Assembly (NCBI GenBank): GCA_963719515.1
Contig: CAVRCJ010000013.1
Location: 64,001-128,000, forward strand
DNA: 64,000 nt
Reading direction: 5' to 3'
Origin: an uncultured cyanobacterium
Lineage (GTDB): Bacteria > Cyanobacteriota > Cyanobacteriia > CAKZMO01
This document shows positions 37,787 through 47,212 of this stretch, piece after piece. The notes below the pieces were generated by a model, which was not told where the DNA came from, searched no databases, and saw only the letters and a program-made list of their open reading frames with translations. Each line of letters opens with the position of its first letter. Within the stretch, counting starts at the first letter, position 1. Made by a program: the position numbers and the translations under genes.

Positions 37787-40700
37787 CTAGGGAAATTTCT
37801 TAAGAGATTCGATAACGCGCTTGATTTGCGTTTCGACGTGGAGCCAGGCTTCATCGCGATCGCCCCACTGGGTGATGGGAGTCCCATTTTGCGGTAGCCA
37901 GCTTAGTTTGCTAAAGGGTGTGTTCTGTCGATCGGCTGGGCGCAAAATGATCGGAATGACGCGGGCCTCGCCGGCATTGTGGCGCTCCATCGCTCGCTTC
38001 ATTTCGACCTTGTAGCAGTAGTCGGAGGCGATGAAGTCTGGGCTGAGCAGCAGCAGGATGATGTCGGCGCGGTTGAGGTTGTCGTCAATTTCATTCACCC
38101 ACTCGTCACCAGGGAGAATGCGGCGATCGTGCCAGGTTTGAATCAGCCCCTGCCGCTGCAGCAGCTTCAGGTGGGTTTCGAGCTGTTCGCGCAGGGTGTC
38201 GTCTTTGTGGGAGTAGCTGTAGAACAGGCGCAGGGTATCGCGGCGCTCTAGCTTCTCGGGCTTGCGGCTGCCTTCGATGTCTACGCCGTTGAGCAGGTCT
38301 TGCACGTTGAGTTTCACAACCTTGCCGCTCATGACCTGGGGCAGCTCTTTCAGCCCATCTTTTTCCATCACAAGCAAATCCTGATAGGGCAGCATCACGT
38401 CGGGATGCGCCGGGACGGGCACCAGTTCTTCGGGTTTGAACTTGAAGCTGCTGTGGATGCGATCGCAGTCGTAGCGGATGATGGCGAGCAGGCGGCGACG
38501 GCTAGAAATTGGGCCATCGACGCTGATGGAGACGCAGCGGTCAGCGCGATCGGCTTTGACTAAGGCGCGGTTGCCCTCGAGGTGAAGTATGACCCCGGTG
38601 CGCCAGCGCAGCTGGTGCTCGCTGAGGATGTGGGTGCGGACGATGAAGCGGGGCAGCAGGCCCTCGGGCAGGACGGGGTATGCGTAGCGGAAATTGAGGC
38701 ATTGATTGAGGTCAAACTCTGTCGCTTCTGGGGGCTGCTGCTTGTCTAGCAGATCAGGAATGAGGTAGCGCTGCTCGTCTTCGGCGAAGCGGAAGCATAG
38801 CTCGAATTTGCGCATTAGTTCCAACAGAAAGCCGTGGCGTTCGGGGGGATATTTTTTGGGGTCTAGAGTTTGGCCCAGATAAGATTCCAACAATTCACCT
38901 TTGCTGGTCGCTAGTTCACCCGCGTTGAGCAGGGTGTAGATGCCGTTGGTGACCCAGTGGGGATTGAGGACGTGGGTGTCTCGCAGGCGGGAGTCGTCTT
39001 TGTAGTTAAGGGCGATGCCGAGGCTGTGGAGGCTGACGGCGAGGGAGTTTTGGGCGCTGAAGTCGGTTTCGCCGTCTTGTTTGCAGATGTCGCGATAGCG
39101 CTCAAAGGAGATGTAGTTGTCTTCCATTCCTGACAGTCGCTCTTTGATGGTGAGCCAGCTCGCAGGAAAGGGGGTTCGTAGATATTCAAGGCGATCGGTT
39201 TCTTTCTTGATGACAGCCTGCAGCTCTTCAAGACCAATCTCAGCTTTACAGTCGGTGACGACGAACTCGCGGATGTTAGGAAACTTTTGCTGCAGCGCCC
39301 TACGGTTGACGTCGAATGAGTACTCGCTAAATTTGTTGAGCACTACGATGATTGGGGAGTCGCCACCAAAGCTTTGGATCAGCTCTAGCCAGTAGTCGGC
39401 GTCTTCGTCTTCATGGCCCTGACGACCGTTGAGCACCACGAGGTAGAGGCTGCGCTCGGTGAGAAAGAACTGATGGGTAGAGTGCATAATCTCTTGACCG
39501 CCAAAGTCCCAGACGTGGAGGGTGATGTCTTCGCTGCCATTCAGGACCATAGGCCACTGGGTGATTTGAATGCCTTCAGTCTTTTTAGAGTCGGGGTCAA
39601 ATGTATTGGTGATTAGGCGGTTGACAAGGGAGGTCTTGCCCACGTTGCCAAAGCCAACGAGGATAAGCTTGGCTTCGTTGAGGGGGGTGCGATCGCCTTG
39701 GAGGCGAAAGTAGTAGTTGAGAATATCTTGCGGATTGGCTGACTCTGCTCCTCCATTTACTGCTTCATCAGTAGGACCGAGAATTTCATTAGGTAGATTT
39801 AGATCTTCGTTACCATGAAGCAACAGAATTTTTAGATCGGAGAGTTTCCATAGAAAATCTGGGAGTACTTCCAGTCGATTGAAAGTAAGGTCGAGTCTAC
39901 GTAGTTTGGTAAGACTTTCTACGAAAGATGGTACAAACTTCAGCTCAAGCTTATCTAAGTAAAGCTCTTCTAAGCCTTTAAGATGCCCCAACTCTTTCGG
40001 CACCGTCGTCAGTTGATTTTGGTTGAGGTAAAGCCTTGTGAGATTGGCGAGCTGCCCCAGCTCTTTCGGCACCGTCGTCAGTTGATTTTGGACGAGGTAA
40101 AGCCTTGTGAGATTGGCGAGCTGCCCCAACTCTTTTGGCACCGTCGTCAGTTGATTTTGGTCGAGGTAAAGCCTTGTGAGATTGGCGAGCTGCCCCAACT
40201 CTTTTGGCACCGTCGTCAGTTGATTTTGGTCGAGGGAGAGCTCTGTGAGATTGGCGAGCTGCCCCAGCTCTTTCGGCACCGTCGTCAGTTGATTTTGGTT
40301 GAGGTAAAGCCTTGTGAGATTGGCGAGTTGCCCCAGCTCTTTCGGTACCGTCGTCAGTTGATTTTGGTAGAGGTAAAGCTTGTGAGATTGGCAAGCTGCC
40401 CCAACTCTTTCGGCACCGTCGTCAGTTGATTTTGGTAGAGGTAAAGCTTTGTGAGATTAGCGAGTTGCCCAGCTCTTTCGGTACCGTCGTCAGCTTTAGG
40501 CCAGATAGATCAGCTCAGTCGCACCATCTGAAATTGCCTGCTGAATTCGTCTTTTCGCCTTCACAAAACCCTCGACCTCGTCCCCCTCTGCCCCCTCCCC
40601 AGCAGGCACGATCGCCTCCAGCTCTAGCTCCAACACCCGAGCGATCGCCTCAACACTCTCTCGCCCTACCCGCTTCCCTCGCTCCGGGTGAAACAACCGA

Positions 40701-40828
40701 CTCACTGCATCTGCACTCACCCCTGCCCGCTCCGCGATCGCCGCAAAGCTCAAGTTGCTCACCGCCCGCGCCGCCCGTAGCCGCTTCACTCCTTCCAAGC
40801 TGGCAAGAAAACCGCGTTTACTAGGCAT
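37787..40828 (-). CDS. HTH-LRR-Roc-COR-TIR protein (three 1-nt deletions in the first LRRs as assembled)
   Basis: Xre-like HTH ORF 40828-40496 is in the same frame as ORF 40279-37787. LRRs; Roc P-loop GFGNVGKT, TEGI, WDFGGQ; COR (LHSLGIALNY, LNPHWVTNGIY); TIR (LFYSYSHKD, SDYCYKVEM). Confidence 0.85.
39984..40493 (-). repeat. 69-bp tandem repeat encoding 23-aa LRRs (7 full units plus a partial)
   Basis: Near-identical units encoding LTTVPKELGQLANLTxLxLxQNQ. Confidence 0.95.
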
Positions 40829-40861
40829 AGGTCACTATATATCCGTCTTTCTCTAGAGTAG

Positions 40862-42391
40862 CTAAACGCCCCTGCTCTGCTGCTCATGCCAGCCCGCCGC
40901 CGCCTGCCGGATAGCGTCCAGATCTTCTGCGGGCAGACGGTCAAGGTTGGCTAAAATCAAATTCATCCGTCCCTGAGACTTGAGCTTGTCCCGATGGCGC
41001 GCCAAAAAATCCCAGTAGAAAAAGTTGAAGGGGCAGGCGTCTTCCCCAGTGCGCTGACGATGGTTGTACCGGCAGCCTTTACAGTAATCGCTCATGCGGT
41101 TGATGTAGTTAGCAGAAGCGGCGTAGGGCTTGGAGGCCAGCATCCCCCCATCGGCAAATAGCCCCATCCCAATGACGTTGGTCTGCATCACCCAGTCGTA
41201 GGCGTCAATGAAGGCAGCGTGGAACCAGCTCTCCACCTCCTGGGGCGACAGTCCCGCAATCAGGGCAAAATTGCTGAGCACCATCAGCCGCTGGATGTGG
41301 TGGGCATAGCCCGTTTGCTCCACCTGGTTGAGGGTTTGCTTAAGGCAGTTCATCTCGGCTTTGTCGCTATCCCAAAAGAATTGGGGCAGCGGCTGGTCAT
41401 GGCCAAACCAGTTGCGATCGCCGTAGTCGTCGTCGGTTTGGGTATAGACGCCGTGCATATACTCGCGCCAGCCCATCACCTGGCGAATCAATCCCTCGGC
41501 GCTGTTAATCGGCAGCCGGTCACCCGCTTCCCGGTCATAATAGGCCGCCTCCACCGCCTCCACCACTTCCATCGGCCTCAGCAGGCCCAAATTCAGGTAG
41601 GGAGACAGCAGCGCATGCCACAGGGTTTCTTCCCCGGTCACCATCGCGTCTTGGTAAGGGCCAAAGGCGTCGAGCCGCTGCGCCAGGAAGTCCTCCAGCG
41701 CCTGCAGGGCTTGCGATCGCGTCACCCCCCAGCGAAAGGGCTCAATTTTCCCATAGCCCGGCAGATCTTGGCTCTTCACCCAGGCAATAGTGTCTTGGGT
41801 GATCTCGTCCGGCTCAAACCACGGCGGCTCCGGTGGGTGGAGGTCGCCTTTGGGGGGCTTACGGTTGGCCTTGTCGTAGTTCCACTGACCGCCCTCAGGA
41901 TCGTCGCCCGCCATCATCACCTGAAAGCGCCGCCGCCCCTCCCGGTAAAAGCTTTCCATCAGCAAAGATTTGCGGCGGCTGGCCCACTGGGCGAAGTCTT
42001 CGTTAGACCACAGGAAGTGATTATTGGGCAGCATCACCACCGGACAGGGTAAGTCTAGCCCTTCAATGAGGCGCTGAAAAGGGCGATCGCTAGGCTGCAC
42101 CACCTGCAGCTCGTGAATATTCTGGTCCTGAATCCAGGCCGACAGGGGGGCAGCAAAGTCGGGCTCTATTGCGTAGGTAACGGGCCAGCCCAGCTGCCGC
42201 AGCGCTTCGGCAAAGTGCCGCATCGCCGACCACACCAGCACCAGCTTTTGTCGGTGGTAGGGCCGCTGGGCCACATACTGCATCGACTCAATGAAGATAA
42301 TAGGCGTCGTTTGCCGCGCTGCATCGCGCTGCAGCAGCGCCGGATGCTCAGGGTGGAGCTGGTCCCCCAGAATCCAAATTCCAGTGGTCAT
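40862..42391 (-). CDS. FeS-cluster bacterial cryptochrome/(6-4) photolyase family (PhrB/CryB-like)
   Basis: WILGDQL, HRQKLVLVWSAMRHF, GYAHHIQRLMV, KPYAASANYINRMSDYCKGC, ACPF (four Cys ligands). Confidence 0.92.
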   Translation of the reverse strand: MTTGIWILGDQLHPEHPALLQRDAARQTTPIIFIESMQYVAQRPYHRQKLVLVWSAMRHFAEALRQLGWPVTYAIEPDFAAPLSAWIQDQNIHELQVVQPSDRPFQRLIEGLDLPCPVVMLPNNHFLWSNEDFAQWASRRKSLLMESFYREGRRRFQVMMAGDDPEGGQWNYDKANRKPPKGDLHPPEPPWFEPDEITQDTIAWVKSQDLPGYGKIEPFRWGVTRSQALQALEDFLAQRLDAFGPYQDAMVTGEETLWHALLSPYLNLGLLRPMEVVEAVEAAYYDREAGDRLPINSAEGLIRQVMGWREYMHGVYTQTDDDYGDRNWFGHDQPLPQFFWDSDKAEMNCLKQTLNQVEQTGYAHHIQRLMVLSNFALIAGLSPQEVESWFHAAFIDAYDWVMQTNVIGMGLFADGGMLASKPYAASANYINRMSDYCKGCRYNHRQRTGEDACPFNFFYWDFLARHRDKLKSQGRMNLILANLDRLPAEDLDAIRQAAAGWHEQQSRGV

Positions 42392-42477
42392 GGGCTAGGT
42401 CTTTGGGGTTAGTTGCTTTGAGGCTAGGTCTTTGGGGCCGGGCGCTGGGGCTGGGTATTTAGGCTAAACGTCTGTCG

Positions 42478-42834
42478 CTAAGCATCCTGAGGGCGCTTGA
42501 GCAGCAGCTGAATACCTAGGGCCAGCAGCCCCAAAGCCACCAGCGCAAAAATTCCGGTAGCCAAGGCCACCATGCCTATAACCAAAGTGCGCACCAGCAC
42601 AGCGATATTGGCCGCCATAGCGCTGTTCGACTTGATGGGGCTGTCGGCCAGGGTTTGGGCGATAGAGAGGGTCATTCGGTAGAGGGCGTAGGCCATCGGC
42701 CCGGCGATCAAAAATCCGCTAAAGCAGCGCCAGGGAGAGAGTGAGGCATCGCCGCTTGAAGGCGCTTTCTCGCTCAGCGCTTTATCCGCAGTCGTCTTAT
42801 CTGGAGAGGCAGGCTCGGGGGAAGACATGGGCAA
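42478..42834 (-). CDS. DUF3082 family membrane protein
   Basis: SPWRCFSG, NIAVLVRTLVIGM..LATGIF; sits downstream of ispE. Confidence 0.78.
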   Translation of the reverse strand: MPMSSPEPASPDKTTADKALSEKAPSSGDASLSPWRCFSGFLIAGPMAYALYRMTLSIAQTLADSPIKSNSAMAANIAVLVRTLVIGMVALATGIFALVALGLLALGIQLLLKRPQDA

Positions 42835-42862
42835 TCTTGGGTAGCTTACCCCCTAGTCTAGA

Positions 42863-43819
42863 TCAATCCGCTGAAGCCAACTGCGCCCCCGCAGGAGAAC
42901 AGCGCGTTACCCACAGATCTAAGGTCGGGTCGTCAATCGAATTTCGCAGGGCTTGGGCAATGCTCTGCGCATCAGAGGCCGACTGAGCCAGAGCGAATAC
43001 CGTCGGCCCAGAACCAGACATGAGCACCCCCAGCGGGTTTAGAGCCGCCAAAGCCGTTTTGAGCTGCACCACCTCGGGATGAGCGGCCAGCACCACCTTC
43101 TCTAAATCGTTGTGGAGGCTTTGCCCAAGCGCCGCTGCATCCTGCTGCATCAGCGCCGCAATCAGCGGTGCAGCATGGAGCTGGCTGTGACGACTGCTGA
43201 TGCTCTTGTCGCCGAAGACATAGGTCGAAGAGAACTGATGGCGATAGGCTTGGTAGGCCCAGGCGGTGGATACCGACAGCTGACGGTATTTGGCCAGCAC
43301 CAGATAGAGGGGGCCAAAGCTGGGCAGGGGCGAAAGCTGCTCCCCCCGTCCCGTTGCCAAAGCGGTTCCCCCAGAGATGCAGAAGGGGACATCTGACCCC
43401 AGCTGAGCCCCTAAGGTCTGCAGCTCCAGCTGGGTGAGCCCCATCTGCCACAGTAAATCTAGGCCAACGAGCACCGCTGCGGCATTGGTCGAGCCTCCGG
43501 CCAGCCCCGCCCCTACGGGAATCTGCTTATCGATGGTGATCTCTACGCCACCGAACTGCTCAAACGTCTTGGGAAAACTCTGGCGCATCAGGTCCGCCGC
43601 GCGGTAGGCCAGGTTGGTCCTGTCGGTAGGCACTTGGGGATGGTCGCAATGCACCTCAATGCCTGAGTCGGCCTGGGGGGCTAAGGCTAGAGTGACGCGG
43701 TCCGACAGCTCGATGCTCTGCATCACCATGGCTAGCTCATGAAAACCGTCAGGGCGATCGCCAATAATTTCGATGTAGAAGTTAACTTTGGCAGGAGCGT
43801 TGAGAATACAGGTGTCCAT
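42863..43819 (-). CDS. ispE: 4-diphosphocytidyl-2-C-methyl-D-erythritol kinase
   Basis: APAKVN, IPVGAGLAGGSTNAAA, GSDVPF, MSGSGPT. Confidence 0.96.
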   Translation of the reverse strand: MDTCILNAPAKVNFYIEIIGDRPDGFHELAMVMQSIELSDRVTLALAPQADSGIEVHCDHPQVPTDRTNLAYRAADLMRQSFPKTFEQFGGVEITIDKQIPVGAGLAGGSTNAAAVLVGLDLLWQMGLTQLELQTLGAQLGSDVPFCISGGTALATGRGEQLSPLPSFGPLYLVLAKYRQLSVSTAWAYQAYRHQFSSTYVFGDKSISSRHSQLHAAPLIAALMQQDAAALGQSLHNDLEKVVLAAHPEVVQLKTALAALNPLGVLMSGSGPTVFALAQSASDAQSIAQALRNSIDDPTLDLWVTRCSPAGAQLASAD

Positions 43820-43873
43820 GGGGCGATCGCAGAATAGCTAGACATTAATTCTCTCACTTCTTCCCTCACTTCC

Positions 43874-44779
43874 TCAGCCAATTTTGTCCCCAAATAAAGT
43901 CCCTTTAGGCGCTTCAGTCTCGCGGGTCATATTATTGGCCATATCATTAGCCGGGTCATTGGCTGCGTCATTAATCGCGTCATCGGCCAAGACATTGCTG
44001 AGGCAGACCCACTGGTCCACGCTCAGCGCCTCAGCGCGAACCTGGGGCGGAGCCGCCACGCGCTCTAGGGCAGCCAGCAGGCGATCGCGCCCTACGGCAG
44101 CCAGGTTATTGCGCAGCATTTTACGCTTGGCGGCAAATCCCTGCTTCAAAAGCGCGTCCAGCCGCTGGAGATCTGTGGCGGGGGGAGAGAAGGGGCGGGG
44201 CTGCAGCCGGATGACGGCGGACTCCACCTTAGGGGGCGGAGAAAAGGCCTTGGCGGGGACGGGGCACACCAGGTCGCACTGGGCCAGGTACTGCAGCCGC
44301 ACCGACATCGCCCCGAAAGTTCTAGACCCCGGCGCGGCACAGATGCGGTCTGCTACCTCCTTTTGCACCAGCAGCACTAGGGCCTCGTACTGCGGCGTCG
44401 CGGGCTTGCTGAGGGTCCCCAACAGCCGCTCCAAAATCGGGCTGGTGATGTAGTAGGGAATATTGGCGACGACTTTGTTGAGCGGTCCAAAGGGGGCGGC
44501 GATCGCCTCATCGCTGAGGGTAAGAATGTCGTGCTCGATGAGCGCAAAGCGCGACTCCCCCTGAAACTGCTTGCGCAGCGAACGGCACAGGTCGCGGTCT
44601 ACCTCCACGGCAACCACCCCGCTAGACCGCTGCACCAGAGACTGGGTCAGCCTGCCCGTACCGGGACCAATCTCCAAAACGGAGTCGCCCTCACCCAGCT
44701 CAGCCGCCGCCACAATGCGCCGCAAAATGCGATCGCTGTTTAGCCAATGTTGCCCAAAGCGCTTGCGGGGACGATTCAC
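43874..44779 (-). CDS. rsmA: 16S rRNA m6,2A1518/1519 dimethyltransferase
   Basis: RKRFGQHWL, LEIGPGTG, VANIPYYITSP, FSPPPKVES. Confidence 0.96.
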   Translation of the reverse strand: MNRPRKRFGQHWLNSDRILRRIVAAAELGEGDSVLEIGPGTGRLTQSLVQRSSGVVAVEVDRDLCRSLRKQFQGESRFALIEHDILTLSDEAIAAPFGPLNKVVANIPYYITSPILERLLGTLSKPATPQYEALVLLVQKEVADRICAAPGSRTFGAMSVRLQYLAQCDLVCPVPAKAFSPPPKVESAVIRLQPRPFSPPATDLQRLDALLKQGFAAKRKMLRNNLAAVGRDRLLAALERVAAPPQVRAEALSVDQWVCLSNVLADDAINDAANDPANDMANNMTRETEAPKGTLFGDKIG

Positions 44780-44782
44780 GGC

Positions 44783-45415
44783 CTAGCCCGGCAGCTCCAC
44801 AGACTGGCCGTTGTAGCGGTTCATGGCGGCCTCCACCCCCCGATCGATCGCCAGCTCTGCTGCTTTAACGGTGAGGTAGAGCACCTCATCCAAGACCTTG
44901 GCTTCCTCAGGGGAAAACTTTCCCAGCACGTGAGAGACGACCCGCTCATCGGTGCCCGCCTGCTTGGGAGCCCCAATCCCGATGCGCAGACGCGGAAAAT
45001 CCTGGGTTCCCAAATGGACAATCAGAGACTTGATGCCGTTGTGGCCCCCGGCGGAGCCAGAGAGCCGCAGCCGCAGCCGTCCCAGGGGCAGGTCCATGTC
45101 GTCGTAGACCACAAACACCGTGCCGGGGGAAAGCTTGAACCAGTCGAGGACGGCGCGAGCCGACTGGCCCGAGCGGTTCATGTAGGTGTTGGGTTTCAAG
45201 AGCCTGACTTTTTTCCCCGGTGCCGCAAACCCTTCCCCAAATTCACCCTGAAACTTGCGGTGTTCGGATAGGGGAATTTGCCATCGCTTCGACAGCTGGT
45301 CTACAACGTCGAAACCCACGTTGTGCCGAGTGCTGGCATACTTTGAACCCGGATTGCCTAGTCCTACAATAAGCTGAGGCGGCTCGTTATCAGACATATC
45401 TCCATCACCAGGCAT
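44783..45415 (-). CDS. pth: Peptidyl-tRNA hydrolase
   Basis: IVGLGNPG..Y..TRHNVGF, KPNTYMNRSG, GSAGGHNG. Confidence 0.96.
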   Translation of the reverse strand: MPGDGDMSDNEPPQLIVGLGNPGSKYASTRHNVGFDVVDQLSKRWQIPLSEHRKFQGEFGEGFAAPGKKVRLLKPNTYMNRSGQSARAVLDWFKLSPGTVFVVYDDMDLPLGRLRLRLSGSAGGHNGIKSLIVHLGTQDFPRLRIGIGAPKQAGTDERVVSHVLGKFSPEEAKVLDEVLYLTVKAAELAIDRGVEAAMNRYNGQSVELPG

Positions 45416-45446
45416 AGCGTCTTCTCAAGGCCAACAGGGGCACCCT

Positions 45447-45881
45447 TTAAGCGTGGTGCGCAGCCTGTTCGTCGGACGCCACTTCGGACGCCATTGCCGC
45501 TGCGGAATCCTCTGGAACCTCAGCGTCTGCCACAGCATCCTCAGCATTCACAGTCTTCTCAGCATTCACAGTCTTCTCAGCATCCACAGTCTCCTCAGTC
45601 TCTGCGAGGTCTGCAGCTTGCTCATTGTTGACCTCCCCTGACGCGATCGCTCTGGGCTCGGGGGGCTCTAGGGTCGCCTTGATAGGCTCTTTGACAACCT
45701 TCTCAAGGTTGTCGGCTTCCCGCTTAAACTCACTCTCAAACTCTTTAGACGCATCTTGAAAGCTGCGGATGGCTTTTCCCAAGCTGCGGCCAACCTCGGG
45801 CAGCTTTTTAGGGCCAAACACCAAGAGCGCCACGATAAAAATCAGCGCCATTTCGGGGAGGCCAATTCCAAAGACATTCAT
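45447..45881 (-). CDS. tatA: Twin-arginine translocase TatA/E subunit
   Basis: MNVFGIGLPEMALIFIVALLVFGPKKLPE from ATG 45881; acidic tail with 18-bp repeats (EKTVNA). Confidence 0.92.
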   Translation of the reverse strand: MNVFGIGLPEMALIFIVALLVFGPKKLPEVGRSLGKAIRSFQDASKEFESEFKREADNLEKVVKEPIKATLEPPEPRAIASGEVNNEQAADLAETEETVDAEKTVNAEKTVNAEDAVADAEVPEDSAAAMASEVASDEQAAHHA

Positions 45882-46040
45882 TGCATTTCTCCTAACAGCG
45901 TAGCGGGACAGCAGCGGGGCCGCTAGATTTAACTCGTCGAGCACCCTATCCAGTATACGGAATCGAGTATACGGAAAGGCCCCCGACTACTTCGGAGGCC
46001 AATGCTTCGGAGGCTGCTGGTACTTTTGGGCCGATTCGGC

Positions 46041-46244
46041 TTAGTCGGCGAGGCTCGACCAGTCAACGTTCAGCCCTTCTAGAATCAGGGATGAGTTGTA
46101 AATTTGCAGGATGATCAGCAAAAAGACAAAGAACAGCAGGATGAATACCGCCATTAGCGGAGTAGTGCCCCAACCGGGAGCAACTTTACCGTATTCAGAA
46201 TTTAAAGGTTTTAGAATATTTCCGAGTCGCGTCTGCTGTGCCAT
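46041..46244 (-). CDS. psbH: Photosystem II reaction center protein H
   Basis: [21 protein letters not shown]...LQIYNSS. Confidence 0.97.
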   Translation of the reverse strand: MAQQTRLGNILKPLNSEYGKVAPGWGTTPLMAVFILLFFVFLLIILQIYNSSLILEGLNVDWSSLAD

Positions 46245-46334
46245 GAGTGACCTACTGATTGATACCTTAATCTTTGTAACGATCCGTAATAATATAAAAG
46301 CATATCACCCATTCGTTACATAGGTTGACAAGAC

Positions 46335-46466
46335 ATGGAACCCGCAACAGTTTTTAGCATTTCAATCGCGGCTGTGCTAGTCGCCGTCACTGGATACGCC
46401 ATCTACACGTCGTTTGGACCGCCCTCTGCAGAGCTGAGTGACCCGTTTGAAGACCACGAAGACTAA
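46335..46466 (+). CDS. psbN: Photosystem II assembly protein PsbN (43 aa, below the ORF-track cutoff)
   Basis: Translated by hand: [43 protein letters not shown]; divergent from psbH. Confidence 0.95.
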   Translation: MEPATVFSISIAAVLVAVTGYAIYTSFGPPSAELSDPFEDHED

Positions 46467-46474
46467 CGGCCCAA

Positions 46475-46548
46475 TAGTGCCGCTGCCCCGTAGTGCCGCT
46501 GCCCCGTAGTGCCGCTACCCCATAGCGCCACCGCCCCATAGCGCCACT
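46475..46548. repeat. 16-bp tandem repeat (TAGTGCCGCTGCCCCG-like, about 4.5 units)
   Basis: Directly visible downstream of psbN; units degrade toward the 3' side. Confidence 0.85.
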
Positions 46549-46681
46549 GGACTACTCCAGCAGCGTCTGATTCAACTAAAACCAGTTTGAGGTAGACGGG
46601 ATGGCCAATGGCTGTCCCGTCTATAGTATTTTGGTTTGACCAGGAGCAAGATATTCGCAATTCACCCAGGGTACAGACGGG

Positions 46682-47203
46682 ATGACAACAGTTGACGTTG
46701 GAATTATCATGGGTAGCGACTCCGACTTGCCCACCATGCGCTCCGCGATCGCTGTCTGCGAGGACTTTGCCGTGGCCCACGAGGTGGCGATTGTCTCCGC
46801 CCACCGGACCCCGGAGCGCATGGTGGATTACGCCAGGGCGGCCCACGAGCGCGGGCTGAAGGTCATCATTGCCGGGGCGGGCGGGGCGGCGCACCTGCCG
46901 GGTATGGTGGCGGCGCTCACCCCCCTGCCGGTGATTGGCGTCCCGGTGGCTAGCCGGGCCTTAAGCGGCTTAGATTCTCTCTACTCCATTGTGCAAATGC
47001 CGCGCGGCATTCCGGTGGCCACCGTCGCTATCGGCAATGCACAGAATGCGGGGCTGCTCGCGGTCCAGATTTTGGCGAGCCATCGCCCGGCGCTGCTAGA
47101 GCAGGTGCAGCAGTATCGAACCCGCCTTAAAGAGATGGTGCTAGAGAAACAAAAGCGATTAGACTCAATGGGGTACGAGGCTTACTTAACGGAAATGGAG
47201 TAG
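46682..47203 (+). CDS. purE: N5-carboxyaminoimidazole ribonucleotide mutase
   Basis: [38 protein letters not shown]. Confidence 0.97.
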   Translation: MTTVDVGIIMGSDSDLPTMRSAIAVCEDFAVAHEVAIVSAHRTPERMVDYARAAHERGLKVIIAGAGGAAHLPGMVAALTPLPVIGVPVASRALSGLDSLYSIVQMPRGIPVATVAIGNAQNAGLLAVQILASHRPALLEQVQQYRTRLKEMVLEKQKRLDSMGYEAYLTEME

Positions 47204-47212
47204 AGAACGCCG

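Noticed and set aside
39984..40493. CRISPR array or DGR variable region
   Set aside because: Units are contiguous 69-bp coding repeats without unique spacers. No cas, reverse transcriptase or separate template repeat is in the window, and synonymous differences also affect non-adenine positions.
41219..42052. Long antisense ORFs (also 16586-17269, 51190-51837, 59060-59689 and others)
   Set aside because: They are shadows of well-supported genes in GC-rich DNA and carry no recognisable motifs.
46475..46548. Mini CRISPR array after psbN
   Set aside because: Head-to-tail 16-bp units with no spacers; simple tandem repeat.
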